Source: an uncultured Verrucomicrobiales bacterium (GTDB lineage Bacteria > Verrucomicrobiota > Verrucomicrobiia > JADLBR01 > JAIBCM01). From it: a stretch of DNA of 64,000 bases. Made by a program: the position numbers and the translations under genes. The notes beneath the pieces were generated by a model. That model saw nothing but the letters and a program-made list of their open reading frames with translations. It ran no database searches and was not told where the DNA came from. Of the stretch, positions 27,165-36,681 are shown in pieces. The DNA lies in the NCBI GenBank assembly GCA_964435495.1, contig CAYSZK010000003.1:2870-66869 (forward strand), in the 5' to 3' direction. Numbering within the stretch: the first letter of the stretch is position 1; each line of letters opens with the position of its first letter.

Positions 27165-28337
27165 TCAGGCGGGGGCGCCGGCTTCCGTGCGGATGGTTTC
27201 AAAAAGGGCTTCGAGCCGGACGGCGATCCGCCCGGTGTCCGAGGGGGAGTAATCCGTTTCGATGCGGAGGTACGGCAGGGCCAGCCTGTCCCCGGCAAGC
27301 CGTTTGACGAGATCGGACTCGATATCGTAGGTGAGGCAGGCCTGCCAGACCAGGTCGATGACGCAGGCCGCGCGGTACTCGCGCGCCAGGCGGGCGATGG
27401 ATTCGAGCCGGGCGTTGTTGGGCGACATCACCGAGCACGGAATGGCCAGGTATTTGTCCGCCAGCGCCTCAATGGGATCGGGATTGGCCTCGTCCACGTC
27501 GTCGAGGATCGGTTTGAGGCCGGTGCAATTTTCCTGGCAGACGATGAGCCCGCCGCGGTCCTCGATGAGGTCCACCACGCGCTCCGCCCCGTGCACCACG
27601 GGCACGCCGGTAAGCAGCACGCGAACGCGTCCAGCCAGGTCCGGGCGCGATGGCGCGGCTTCCCGCTCCCGGAGGATGGCCTCGTAGCGGGCGAGGTCCT
27701 CGGGAATGCCGGAGATGATGGACTTGAGATCAAGCAATTCGCGCCCCGTGAGCGGGGGCGGATCGAGGCGCATGAGGCCGGCCAGGCGGCGGCGCAGGCG
27801 GCGCTCGCGGTTCATGAGCCGGATGGCGTCCCGGATGCGGGCGGTGGTGATTTTGACGCGGAACCGGTCCTCGAGCACCTGGATGAGGCGGTTCATTTCG
27901 GACGTCCACTGGGCGCGGGCGCCGGGATCGCCGGGACGGTGGGGGAGAGCGAGGATGTGCATGGGCCGGGACTCGGCCATGATCTCGAACATCTTTTTCT
28001 TGCCGTCGCAGGTTGTTTCGGCGACGACGAGCGCGGCTGACTCAAGGAATGGGTTGGATTTTCCGACGTGGTAGCCGAAGGTGGACTTGATCAGGGGGCA
28101 GAGATTGGAGGGCAACCGGGTTTCCGCGTCGGGGATGGTTTCCGGTTCGCCGCCGCAGAGGCAGACTGGAACGGCATTGGCGGCCATGATGATTTCGCGC
28201 GGGGTGAATTCGCACATGATGCCGACGATGGGGCGGCCTTGTTGGGCGGCCTGTCCGGCATGGGCGCGGCAATGGCCGAACATGCCGTCGAACCACGCCA
28301 GGGACGCGGGGCGTGGGGAAGCGGTCAGCGCGGGCAT
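27165..28337 (-). CDS. 2-hydroxyacyl-CoA dehydratase family protein, second HgdB-like paralog (390 aa)
   Basis: VGIMCEFTPREIIMAANAVPVCLCGGEP and ETTCDGKKKMFE match the HgdB/BcrB-type Fe-S subunit family. It sits 6 bp upstream of selD. Confidence 0.6.
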   Translation of the reverse strand: MPALTASPRPASLAWFDGMFGHCRAHAGQAAQQGRPIVGIMCEFTPREIIMAANAVPVCLCGGEPETIPDAETRLPSNLCPLIKSTFGYHVGKSNPFLESAALVVAETTCDGKKKMFEIMAESRPMHILALPHRPGDPGARAQWTSEMNRLIQVLEDRFRVKITTARIRDAIRLMNRERRLRRRLAGLMRLDPPPLTGRELLDLKSIISGIPEDLARYEAILREREAAPSRPDLAGRVRVLLTGVPVVHGAERVVDLIEDRGGLIVCQENCTGLKPILDDVDEANPDPIEALADKYLAIPCSVMSPNNARLESIARLAREYRAACVIDLVWQACLTYDIESDLVKRLAGDRLALPYLRIETDYSPSDTGRIAVRLEALFETIRTEAGAPA

Positions 28338-28385
28338 GGCAGGGCTCTCCGAAGCGTGCGGGCTTGGCGGCGCGCGGGGCTGCGT

Positions 28386-30260
28386 TCAGGGTTTCTTGAA
28401 CCAATCCTCGCTCTGCTTGTATTCAAACGCGCCGAGCTTGGCGTCCACTTCCACGCGGAATTCGCCGTCGAGACTGGAAGGCACACGCCACGTGTACCGG
28501 CAGGTGCCGCCTCATCCATACTCAAATTTGCCGGACTCGATCTTCTTGCCGTCCCGGTTGAGGATGGTGAAGATTGGGGCGGACTGGCGCTCGTTGTTGC
28601 GGCGGGCCCCGGCTTCGTAGGTCTGGCCTTCCTTGTCTTCGAGGGTGAATTCAATATAGGCCGTATTGTTGCCGCGCCAATCGACATCGACTTTCGCCCT
28701 GAGGCCAGATCCCACGCCTGTGGCCACGGCGGCGCCGGGGCGGATTTCGATTTTGCGGGAGTTGCCGGAGGACGCGCCGTTGAGGGTCCAGTCGGCGCCG
28801 CCTGCCTGGTGGCGCAGGCGGTAATACCCGATCTGGTAGGTGCCCGGCGCGAGGTCCCAGCCGTCTTTGGCGCCGGCGTCCAGGTAACCGCAGCAACCGC
28901 GGCTGAGGACGGCGAGTTCCAGGTGGGGGGACTCTGGTTTCAGTTTGCCGGCGTCCATGCGGACCTCCTGAAGGAGCAGCGTGGAAGCGTCCGGCTCGGA
29001 GTTGACCTGGAAAAATTTTCCGGCGAGGGCGAGCAATGGGGTTAGCGGCAAGATTTCGCCCCGGTAATCGAAGCGTTCGTTGCCGTCGAGGTCGAGGGCG
29101 AGGAGATCGTAGCCGGGACGCTCGTCTCCGTCGGACGATCGCTGGTTGTAGGGCAGCAGGTCGAGCGTGAACCCGGCCTCGATGCGCCCGTTGTTGCTGG
29201 CGTCAGTCACCGCGGCGAGCAGTTTGCGGGGGCCGGCGGCGGTTTTCCCTTCCCAGTGGCAGGCCGGCGCGACTTCGAGGTAACCGGGGGTGGAGGAGTT
29301 TTGCGTGTACACCCGGCCTTTGAACTCGATCTCCAGAGGGACTTTGCCTTCCGCCGCTGACGACTGGATTTCAGCGTCGCCGAATTTGTAGTAGCCGTAG
29401 CGCTCGGCCGATTCGCCGGTGTACTCATTGGAGGCGCTCAGGACCTTGGCCTTGGCCAGGTCGCCGCTGCCATCCACATCGACCAGCAACCGGGCCCTGC
29501 CCAAGTTGTCGGCGTCCATGAGCATGAACACGTCCCGCCCGCCGATCTTGGCCGAGAAGTAGAGCGGCTTTTTCACGTCCGGCGCGTTTTTGATGCCTTC
29601 GGGCGGGGCGTAAAGCAGGCGGGCGTTGCGTTCCGAGGCGTAGGCGAGATATTGCTGCAACTCGGCGGTTCCGCGCTTTTTCAAGGGCGTCTTCTCCCCA
29701 AAACCGACCTGATCCATGGACCGGGAGGCGGGGGCCGATGCCGCGGCGGGCGCGGGGGATTGGGATGTTTCGGGCTTGGCCGGGGACGGGGCGGCGGGCT
29801 GTTCGGTCGCGCGCTGGGCTTGGAGTTCCCTCTGCCACTCGTCGTACCGGCGCCAGAAATCGGTCCTGGCGGCGTCGATCTCGATGGCGGTGGACCCGGT
29901 GGCGGCGAGGATGAGCTTTCCTTTCTCGATGCCGACCAACTCGAACTCCTTGCCGGGGGCAAGCTTCATCGAGCCGACGGTCTTGCCGTTGATATGGAGC
30001 GGCACCTCCGAAGGCGCGAGGACGGAGACGGCCTTGGGCCATTGCTCCGGGTCTTTGGCGATCTCGGCGAGCTTGGCGGCGTCGGCGGCCGGACCGGATT
30101 GCGCGGGGGCGGCGGCGGCCCAGGCCCAGGCCAGCGCGGCGGCCAGGATAAGAAAGGGATCGAGCGCGCTGGCTGGATTCCGACCCGCAAACACCCGAGG
30201 CAATGGCCTGATCCCCTGCATAGCGGCGCCATGGTGGCGGATTCCTGGCGCGCTGGTCAA
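28386..30260 (-). CDS. Candidate selenoprotein: secreted protein of unknown function with an in-frame TGA (Sec?) 42 codons before the final TGA
   Basis: The annotated ORF ends ...KFEYG then TGA at 28512..28514. The same frame continues GGTCRYTWRVPSSLDGEFRVEVDAKLGAFEYKQSEDWFKKP to a stop at 28386..28388. The extension has GC3-rich codons and a protein-like composition. Its FEY motif echoes KFEYG just before the TGA. A signal peptide starts at the alternative start 30221 (MQGIRP...AAALAWAWAAAAPAQS). Confidence 0.5.
28470..28511 (-). promoter_or_regulatory. Candidate bacterial SECIS-like hairpin immediately 3' of the in-frame UGA
   Basis: The mRNA reads UGA GGC GGC ACC UGC CGG UAC ACG UGG CGU GUG CC. 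The outer stem is GGCAC/GUGCC and the inner is GCC/GGC, around a CACGUG palindrome. Only manual folding was done. Confidence 0.3.
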
Positions 30261-30399
30261 GGCAAATTATTTGTTTTCTCCAAAACGTACGGAGCGGGGC
30301 GCCCGCGCCGCCGGCACGCCTTTCGGAGAAGCCGGCCCCGGCCAACCGTCCCAAGCGCCGCCGCCCGCGTGAAATGGAAAATGGAATCTTGATTCGGGG

Positions 30400-31893
30400 G
30401 TGGGACGGGGGCAGGATGGGGGCATGGACGGCATGCCGGACCCGGCGCTGTTGCGCGCGATTCCGCCGGTGGAGGCGTTGGTGGCGGCGAATGCGGGCCG
30501 GGAGGAATTTGCGGGTTTGTCGCGGGAGCGGTTGACGGGTCTGGTGCGGGAAACGGTGGAAGGCGTGCGGCGGGAGGCGCGGACGGGGTCGCTCGCGCCG
30601 GGGGGGGAAGGCGGGGAGGGATGGGCGGCGTGGGTGCGGCGGGAGATCGCGGCGCGGCTGCTGGGGCGTGCGCGGGAATCGGCGCGGGCGCATTACCGTC
30701 GGGCGATCAACGCGACGGGCGTGATTTTGCACACGGGCCTTGGCCGGGCGGTGCTGGCGGAGGAGGCGCTCGCGCAGGTGGGCGCGGAATTGCGCGGGTA
30801 TTCGGTGCTGCAACAGAGCGTGGAGACGGGGGAACGGACGCGGCGGGACCTGGGAGTGGAACGGTTGTTATGCCTGTTGACGGGCGCGGAGGCGGCGACG
30901 GTGGTGAACAACAACGCGGCGGCCACGATGCTGGCGCTGGCGGCGATGGCGGCGGGGCGCGAGGTGCTTGTGTCGCGGGGCCAGTTGATCGAGATCGGCG
31001 GGTCGTTCCGGCTGCCGGACGTCATGGCGGCGAGCGGCGCGAAGCTGGTGGAGGTGGGCACCACGAACAAGACCCACCCGCGCGATTACGCCAACGCGCT
31101 CACGGAGCGGACGGCGGCCATCATGCGGGTGCATCCGAGCAATTACCGCATCCACGGTTTTGTCAGGGAGGTGGGCACGGCGGAGCTTGTCGCCATCGCG
31201 AAGCCGCGCGGAATCCCCGTCATCGACGACCTGGGCGCGGGCGCGTTGCTTGACCTTTCGCGGTTTGGGTTCGAGAAGGAGCCGACGATCCAGGAATCGG
31301 TGCGGGCGGGGGCGGACGTGGTGTTGTCGAGCGCGGACAAGCTCATTGGCGGGCCGCAGGGCGGGATCATCCTGGGGCGGGCGGCGGTGGTCGCGGCCAT
31401 CCGGAAGCATCCGCTGGCGCGGATCGTGCGCGTGGACAAGGTGACGCTGGCGGCGCTGGAGGCGACCCTGCGCCTGTTTCTTGACGAAGGCCTGGCGTTG
31501 CGGCGGGTTCCGACGCTGCGGATGCTGTGCCGCACGGTGGAGGAGATCGGCGCGGAGGCCGCGGCGATGGCGGACTGGTTGCGGGCGGAGGGGGGCGGCG
31601 CGTTGCCGGCGGAGGTGGCGTTGGAGGACGGGGCGTCGTTCATGGGGGGCGGGTCGCTGCCGGAGCAGGAGCTTCCGACGCGGCTGGTCGCGGTCCGTCC
31701 GCGGGCGATGGGGGCCGCGGAGCTGGCGGCGCGGCTGCGGCGGGGCGTGCCGGCGGTGTTTTGCCGCGTCCGGCATGAGGGGGCGTTGTTCGACCCGCGA
31801 ACGATGCTGGCCGGGGAGGCGGCGGAGGCGGCGCGGGCGGTGGCGCGTTGCCTGGTGGAGGCGCCTGGCGCGGAGAGCGCGGCGGCGGCTTGA
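30400..31893 (+). CDS. selA: L-seryl-tRNA(Sec) selenium transferase
   Basis: PLP-dependent SelA core (NATGVILHTGLGRA...SADKLIGGPQGGII) and the typical N-terminal tRNA-binding region. The true start may be 30424 or 30433. Confidence 0.85.
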   Translation: MGRGQDGGMDGMPDPALLRAIPPVEALVAANAGREEFAGLSRERLTGLVRETVEGVRREARTGSLAPGGEGGEGWAAWVRREIAARLLGRARESARAHYRRAINATGVILHTGLGRAVLAEEALAQVGAELRGYSVLQQSVETGERTRRDLGVERLLCLLTGAEAATVVNNNAAATMLALAAMAAGREVLVSRGQLIEIGGSFRLPDVMAASGAKLVEVGTTNKTHPRDYANALTERTAAIMRVHPSNYRIHGFVREVGTAELVAIAKPRGIPVIDDLGAGALLDLSRFGFEKEPTIQESVRAGADVVLSSADKLIGGPQGGIILGRAAVVAAIRKHPLARIVRVDKVTLAALEATLRLFLDEGLALRRVPTLRMLCRTVEEIGAEAAAMADWLRAEGGGALPAEVALEDGASFMGGGSLPEQELPTRLVAVRPRAMGAAELAARLRRGVPAVFCRVRHEGALFDPRTMLAGEAAEAARAVARCLVEAPGAESAAAA

Positions 31894-31898
31894 CCCGG

Positions 31899-33842
31899 AT
31901 GGCGACCCGGCGGATTCACATCACCCTGGGCACGGCCGGGCATATTGACCACGGCAAGACGGCGCTGGTCCGGAATCTGACCGGGTGCGAGACCGACACG
32001 CTCAAGGAGGAGAAAGAGCGGGGGATGTCGATTGACCTGGGGTTCGCGCCGTGCCGGATCGAAGGCCTGGAAGCCGGGCTGGTGGACGTGCCGGGGCACG
32101 AGAATTTCGTGCGGACGATGGTGGCGGGCGCGACCGGGATGGACGGGGTGATTCTTGTCGTCGCGGCCGACGATGGCGTGATGCCGCAGACCCGCGAGCA
32201 TCTGGACATCCTGTGCCTGCTGGGGGTGCGGCACGGCGTGGTGGCGCTGACGAAGATCGACCGCGTCGAGGCGGGGCGGGTGGAAGAGGTGGCCGCGGAA
32301 GTCCGCGGGCGGCTGCGTGGCACGTTCCTGGAGCCGGCGGAAATCTGTCCGGTGTCGAACACGACGTTTGAAGGCTTGAATGATCTCCGGGCGGCGCTGG
32401 TCCGGTTGATGGAGCGCGTGCCGCCGCGCGGGACGGGAGGTGTGTTCCGGCTGCCGGTGGACCGGGCGTTTGCGGTGAAGGGGTATGGCGCGGTGGTGAC
32501 GGGGATACCGGCGCACGGCCGGGTGGCGGTGGGCGCGGAGCTGGAGATGCATCACCAAGGCGGGGAAAAGCCGGTGGCCGGGCGGTTGCGGGCGGTGCAG
32601 GTGTACCGGGAGGCGGGAGAGACGGCGCAGGCGGGCGAGTGCGCGGCCCTCAATGTGCCGCAATGGGACCACGCGCGGACGCGGCGCGGGGATGTCGTGG
32701 CGGCGCCGGGCTGTTTTGTCGCGGGCGAGTGGCTGGTGTGCCGCCTTGCGTTGCTCGGGCGGGAAGGGTTGGACCTCAGGAACGGCGGGCAGGTTCGCGT
32801 GCACACGGGGACCGTTGACGTGCCGGGGACGGTGTACCTGGAGCAAGGGCGCCGGATGAATGCGGGAGACGAGGGACTCGTGCAAGTGCGGGTGGCCGCG
32901 CCGATTGTGGCGGGGCCGGGCGATCCCTTCCTTCTTCGCGTCCTGGGTCCGGCGCGCACCATCGGAGGCGGGCGGATCGTGGCGATGCCGGCGCGGAGGT
33001 TGCGGCGGCAGCGTCCGGAGGCGTGGGCCGCGGCGCGGGCGCGGGCCGAGGCGCTTGGGGACCCAATACGGCTGGTGGAGAGTTGCTTGCGCGCGGCCGT
33101 GGGCGGCATCGCCCGCGAACCGGGCCTGGAGTTTGAGGCCAAACTGCGGGCGGACGAAGTGCGGGCGGCGCTTGGGGCGTTGGAAGCCGGGGGCGTGGCG
33201 GTGGCGGTTCCGGGGCAGGGGTATATCCATGGGGAGACCGCGGCGCGTGCGCGGGCGGCGGTGTTGGCGGCGGTGGGGGCGTTTCACCGGGAGCATCCGG
33301 AGAGTCCGGGCCTGGCGCGGGAAAGCGGGTGGGTGCCCACGCTGGGGGAAGGGCCACCTCTGGCGCCGGCGTTGGCGGAGTGGGCGGTGGCGGCACTGTT
33401 GGGGGATGGGGCGTTGGTGAGGGACGGGGCGACGGGGCGGATTGCGTTGCCGGAGCACACGGCGCGGGTGACCGATGCGGACAGGCTGGGGATGGAGGCG
33501 GTGGAGCGGGCGTTTCGGGAACATCGATTTGCTCCGCCGGACGAAACCGGGTTGGCGGCGGCGGGCGGGGTCGGGGTGGAGGAGGCGCGGCGGCTGACGC
33601 GGCTGCTGGAGGAGCGGGGGCGGCTGGTGCGGGTGGGGGCGGGGCTGCTGTTTCACGCGGAGGCGGTGGCCGAGGCGCGCGCGCGGATTGAGGAACACAT
33701 GCGGCGGGAAGGGCGGCTGGAGAGCGTGAAATTCAAGTACCTGGTGGAAACGACGCGCAAGTTCGCGCTGCCGCTTCTGGATTATTTCGACCGCATTGGA
33801 GTCACGCGCCGGGTGGGGAACACGCGGTTTCCGCGGCGGTGA
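31899..33842 (+). CDS. selB: Selenocysteine-specific translation elongation factor
   Basis: G-domain (GHIDHGKTALV, DVPGHENF, TKID), EF-Tu-like domains II and III, and a long winged-helix C-terminal extension that would bind SECIS. The start lies 5 bp after the selA stop. Confidence 0.85.
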   Translation: MATRRIHITLGTAGHIDHGKTALVRNLTGCETDTLKEEKERGMSIDLGFAPCRIEGLEAGLVDVPGHENFVRTMVAGATGMDGVILVVAADDGVMPQTREHLDILCLLGVRHGVVALTKIDRVEAGRVEEVAAEVRGRLRGTFLEPAEICPVSNTTFEGLNDLRAALVRLMERVPPRGTGGVFRLPVDRAFAVKGYGAVVTGIPAHGRVAVGAELEMHHQGGEKPVAGRLRAVQVYREAGETAQAGECAALNVPQWDHARTRRGDVVAAPGCFVAGEWLVCRLALLGREGLDLRNGGQVRVHTGTVDVPGTVYLEQGRRMNAGDEGLVQVRVAAPIVAGPGDPFLLRVLGPARTIGGGRIVAMPARRLRRQRPEAWAAARARAEALGDPIRLVESCLRAAVGGIAREPGLEFEAKLRADEVRAALGALEAGGVAVAVPGQGYIHGETAARARAAVLAAVGAFHREHPESPGLARESGWVPTLGEGPPLAPALAEWAVAALLGDGALVRDGATGRIALPEHTARVTDADRLGMEAVERAFREHRFAPPDETGLAAAGGVGVEEARRLTRLLEERGRLVRVGAGLLFHAEAVAEARARIEEHMRREGRLESVKFKYLVETTRKFALPLLDYFDRIGVTRRVGNTRFPRR

Positions 33843-35418
33843 TTTCATTCCAGAGCGCGGGGCCTTCGACGGCGGTCGGGGTGACGATCCGGAGGCGATC
33901 GGGGGCCGGGGCGGGCTGGAGGAGCGAGACGGCGGCGAGGGAGAGAGCGGCAACGAGGACGCCGGCGCCAATGTAAAAGTAGCCGTAGCCGCCGGCCAGC
34001 CAGGCGGGCAGGACGGCGGTGTAATAATGGGGGGCGCCGGGATCGGCGGCCTGAAGGAAGCGGTATTCCCAAAGATAAACCGCGAGGGTCGTCACGGCGC
34101 CGAGGACGCTGGCGGTGAAGGCGCCGCTCGCGGTGGCGCGGCGCCAGAAGATGGCGATGGCGGGGACGGCGATGGAGGCGGAAAGCACGCCGGAGGAAAG
34201 ATAATAGACGTCGCCGAGGCGGTCGGCGATGGCGGCGTAACCCACGGCAAGCAGCAGGCAGGCGGCGGTGATGATCTTGGCGGGTAGCACCGTGGACTTG
34301 GCGGAACCGCCGAACAAGGGGCGGTAGAGATCGTAGGCGAGGGGCATGGCGGTGACGTTGGTGAACGTGTCCACGGTGGACATCTGGCAGGCGATGACAC
34401 CGAGGAACATGAAGACCGCCAGCCCAGGCGGCATCTGGGCGAGGAACGCGGCGATGATTCCCGTGAAATCGGCGCCCACGGCCGCGGCGCCGGGGCCGCT
34501 AGGTTTGAAAACGACGAGCGCGCAGAAGGCGACCACCGCCGGGATGGCGATGACGAACACCGTGATCAGGACCAAGCCGATGAGGGCGCCGATGCGCGCC
34601 TGGGGCGTGGTGGGCGCGGCTTGGATGCGCAGAACGAGATCTTGTTCGACCAGCCAGCCGGGGAGGTACCCGATGAGCAGGACGGCGGGAAAAATCCAGT
34701 CGAGCGTGTTGAGGTTGAGGGCGGCGGGGGCGCCGGCGTTGGGCGGCGCGATTTCGCGCAAGGCGGCGAGGACGCCCATGGGCGCGGCGGCGTGGGCCTG
34801 GACCAGCGCCCAACCGCCGAGGACCGCCATGAACGGCGCCATGACGGCGAATTGCAGAAAGTCGGTGGCGACGATGGAGCGGAAACCGCCCAGCACCATA
34901 TAGACGAGGACCGGGAGGATGAACGCGAGGAGCATCAGATTGGGGTGGGCCGCCAGCCCGAGGCTGGGGGCGGCGAGGGTCTTGACCATGACCAACTCGG
35001 CGCCGGTCCAGGAAAGGAACACGCCGAAGGAAAGAAAGGCGGCGAGACGCCGGAGGTTCGGGCCGAACCGGCGGCCGAGGGCTTCGGGCAGGCTCAGCGC
35101 GGCGGCGCGGCGGAAGAACGGGACCAGCAGGACGATGAGCCAGCAGAGGATGAACCAGGGGATGGGCAAGAGCCAGAGGCCGGTGGCGCCGTACCCGTAA
35201 ATCTGGCTCATGCCAAACCCGATCCATCCGAGCATAAGCCAGCCGGAGGCCAGGGAGACCCCCAGGCGCCAGCCGGGGATGGAACGGCCGGCGGCCCAGA
35301 ACTCGAAATCGGGATGCGCCCGGGCTTGGAGCAACCGGCGGCGGCCCCAGAAGCCGACGCCCATGACGGCAAGCGCGTACATCCCGTAAACAACCCAACA
35401 CCCCGCGACGGTATTCAT
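33802..35418 (-). CDS. Sodium:solute symporter (SSS) family transporter
   Basis: About 13 TM helices with SSS-family topology. I confirmed the ATG at 35418. The 3' end converges with selB and overlaps it. Confidence 0.8.
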   Translation of the reverse strand: MNTVAGCWVVYGMYALAVMGVGFWGRRRLLQARAHPDFEFWAAGRSIPGWRLGVSLASGWLMLGWIGFGMSQIYGYGATGLWLLPIPWFILCWLIVLLVPFFRRAAALSLPEALGRRFGPNLRRLAAFLSFGVFLSWTGAELVMVKTLAAPSLGLAAHPNLMLLAFILPVLVYMVLGGFRSIVATDFLQFAVMAPFMAVLGGWALVQAHAAAPMGVLAALREIAPPNAGAPAALNLNTLDWIFPAVLLIGYLPGWLVEQDLVLRIQAAPTTPQARIGALIGLVLITVFVIAIPAVVAFCALVVFKPSGPGAAAVGADFTGIIAAFLAQMPPGLAVFMFLGVIACQMSTVDTFTNVTAMPLAYDLYRPLFGGSAKSTVLPAKIITAACLLLAVGYAAIADRLGDVYYLSSGVLSASIAVPAIAIFWRRATASGAFTASVLGAVTTLAVYLWEYRFLQAADPGAPHYYTAVLPAWLAGGYGYFYIGAGVLVAALSLAAVSLLQPAPAPDRLRIVTPTAVEGPALWNEITAAETACSPPGA

Positions 35419-35514
35419 CGTTCGGATGAATCTGTCGGAAGGGCGGGGCCATGGCGAGTGGAAATGATGCGGCGCGGCCGCTTTGGGATTGCGCACGCGG
35501 CGGGTGGGCGCACG

Positions 35515-36648
35515 ATGGGGCGCGTGTTGTACCGTGAACTTGGCGGGACGGGATTGAAAGTGTCGCAGTTGGGCTTTGGCGCGATGCGATTGCCCATGAC
35601 CCCGCGGGACGAATCCGGGAAGGCGCGGGTGGACCGGGAAATGGCGGTTCCGTTGATGCATCGGGCGTTCGAGGCCGGGGTGAACTACATCGACACGGCG
35701 GTGGGTTATTGCGACGGGGACTCCCAGAGCGCGGTGGGCGAGGCGCTGCGCGGCTGGCGGAGGCGGATCGTGGTTTCGACGAAGAACCATTACTATGGGG
35801 AAGACGAGGGGGAATGGTGGCGGAACCTGGAGAACTCGCTGGAACGGCTGGGGGTGGATTGCATCGACATCTACAACCATCACGGCGTGAACTGGGACAC
35901 GTTCACCCGGCATGTCGAGCCGCGCGTGGGCAAGTGGATGCGCAAGGCCGTGGACCAGAAGCTCGTGCGGCACGCCTGCTGTTCGTTCCATGACAACAAC
36001 GCGAATCTCCGCCGGTTGATCGACACCGGGTACGCGGATGTCATCACACTCCAGTACAATCTGCTCGACCGGCAATTGGAGGACGGGATCGCCCACGCGC
36101 ACGCGAAGGGCGTGGGGGTGGTGGTGATGGGGCCGGTGGCGGGCGGGCGGCTCGGCGCGGGCAGCGACGTCCTGGCCGACCTGGTCCCCGGCGTCAGGCG
36201 CGTGCCCGAGCTGGCGCTCCGGTTTGTGCTGAGCAACCCCGGAGTCGCCGTCGCGCTGTCGGGCATGAGCGCCGTGGAACAGGTGGCGGAAAACGCGGCG
36301 GTGTGCGCGGACCGGGTGGCGCTTTCCGAGGGGGACCGCGCGGCGATTGCGGAACACCTGGCGCGGCTTCAAAAAATGGCGGACCTGTATTGTACCGGCT
36401 GCAAGTATTGCATGCCCTGCGAGGCGGACGTGAACATCTCCGCAATCTTCGAGTTTTTCAACCGGGCAAAGGTGTACGGGCTGTGGGAATCGGCGCGCGC
36501 GTCGTATGCAAGCCTGGGGACCGTCCCGTGGCTGAAGGGGAACCGCGCGGACGCCTGCGTGGAGTGCGGAAGTTGCGAGGACAAGTGCCCGCAGCGGATT
36601 CCGATCCGGGACCAGCTCAAGCAGGCGCACAAGGCGTTGGCCGGGTAG
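35515..36648 (+). CDS. Aldo/keto reductase with a C-terminal 4Fe-4S ferredoxin-like domain
   Basis: AKR N-terminus (ELGGTGLKVSQLGFGAMRL...NYIDTA). The C-terminus carries CTGCKYCMPCE and CVECGSCEDKCP cluster motifs. I confirmed the ATG at 35515. Confidence 0.8.
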   Translation: MGRVLYRELGGTGLKVSQLGFGAMRLPMTPRDESGKARVDREMAVPLMHRAFEAGVNYIDTAVGYCDGDSQSAVGEALRGWRRRIVVSTKNHYYGEDEGEWWRNLENSLERLGVDCIDIYNHHGVNWDTFTRHVEPRVGKWMRKAVDQKLVRHACCSFHDNNANLRRLIDTGYADVITLQYNLLDRQLEDGIAHAHAKGVGVVVMGPVAGGRLGAGSDVLADLVPGVRRVPELALRFVLSNPGVAVALSGMSAVEQVAENAAVCADRVALSEGDRAAIAEHLARLQKMADLYCTGCKYCMPCEADVNISAIFEFFNRAKVYGLWESARASYASLGTVPWLKGNRADACVECGSCEDKCPQRIPIRDQLKQAHKALAG

Positions 36649-36681
36649 GGGGAAACGGGACCCAGTCCTTCGGCTGTCCGG

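Noticed and set aside
28512-28514. Possibility that the TGA is an ordinary stop and the 42-codon tail is just GC-driven open frame
   Set aside because: Not fully rejected. I kept the selenoprotein hypothesis because the tail is compositionally protein-like, echoes an upstream motif and sits inside a sel-gene island. It is flagged as needing SECIS and homology confirmation.
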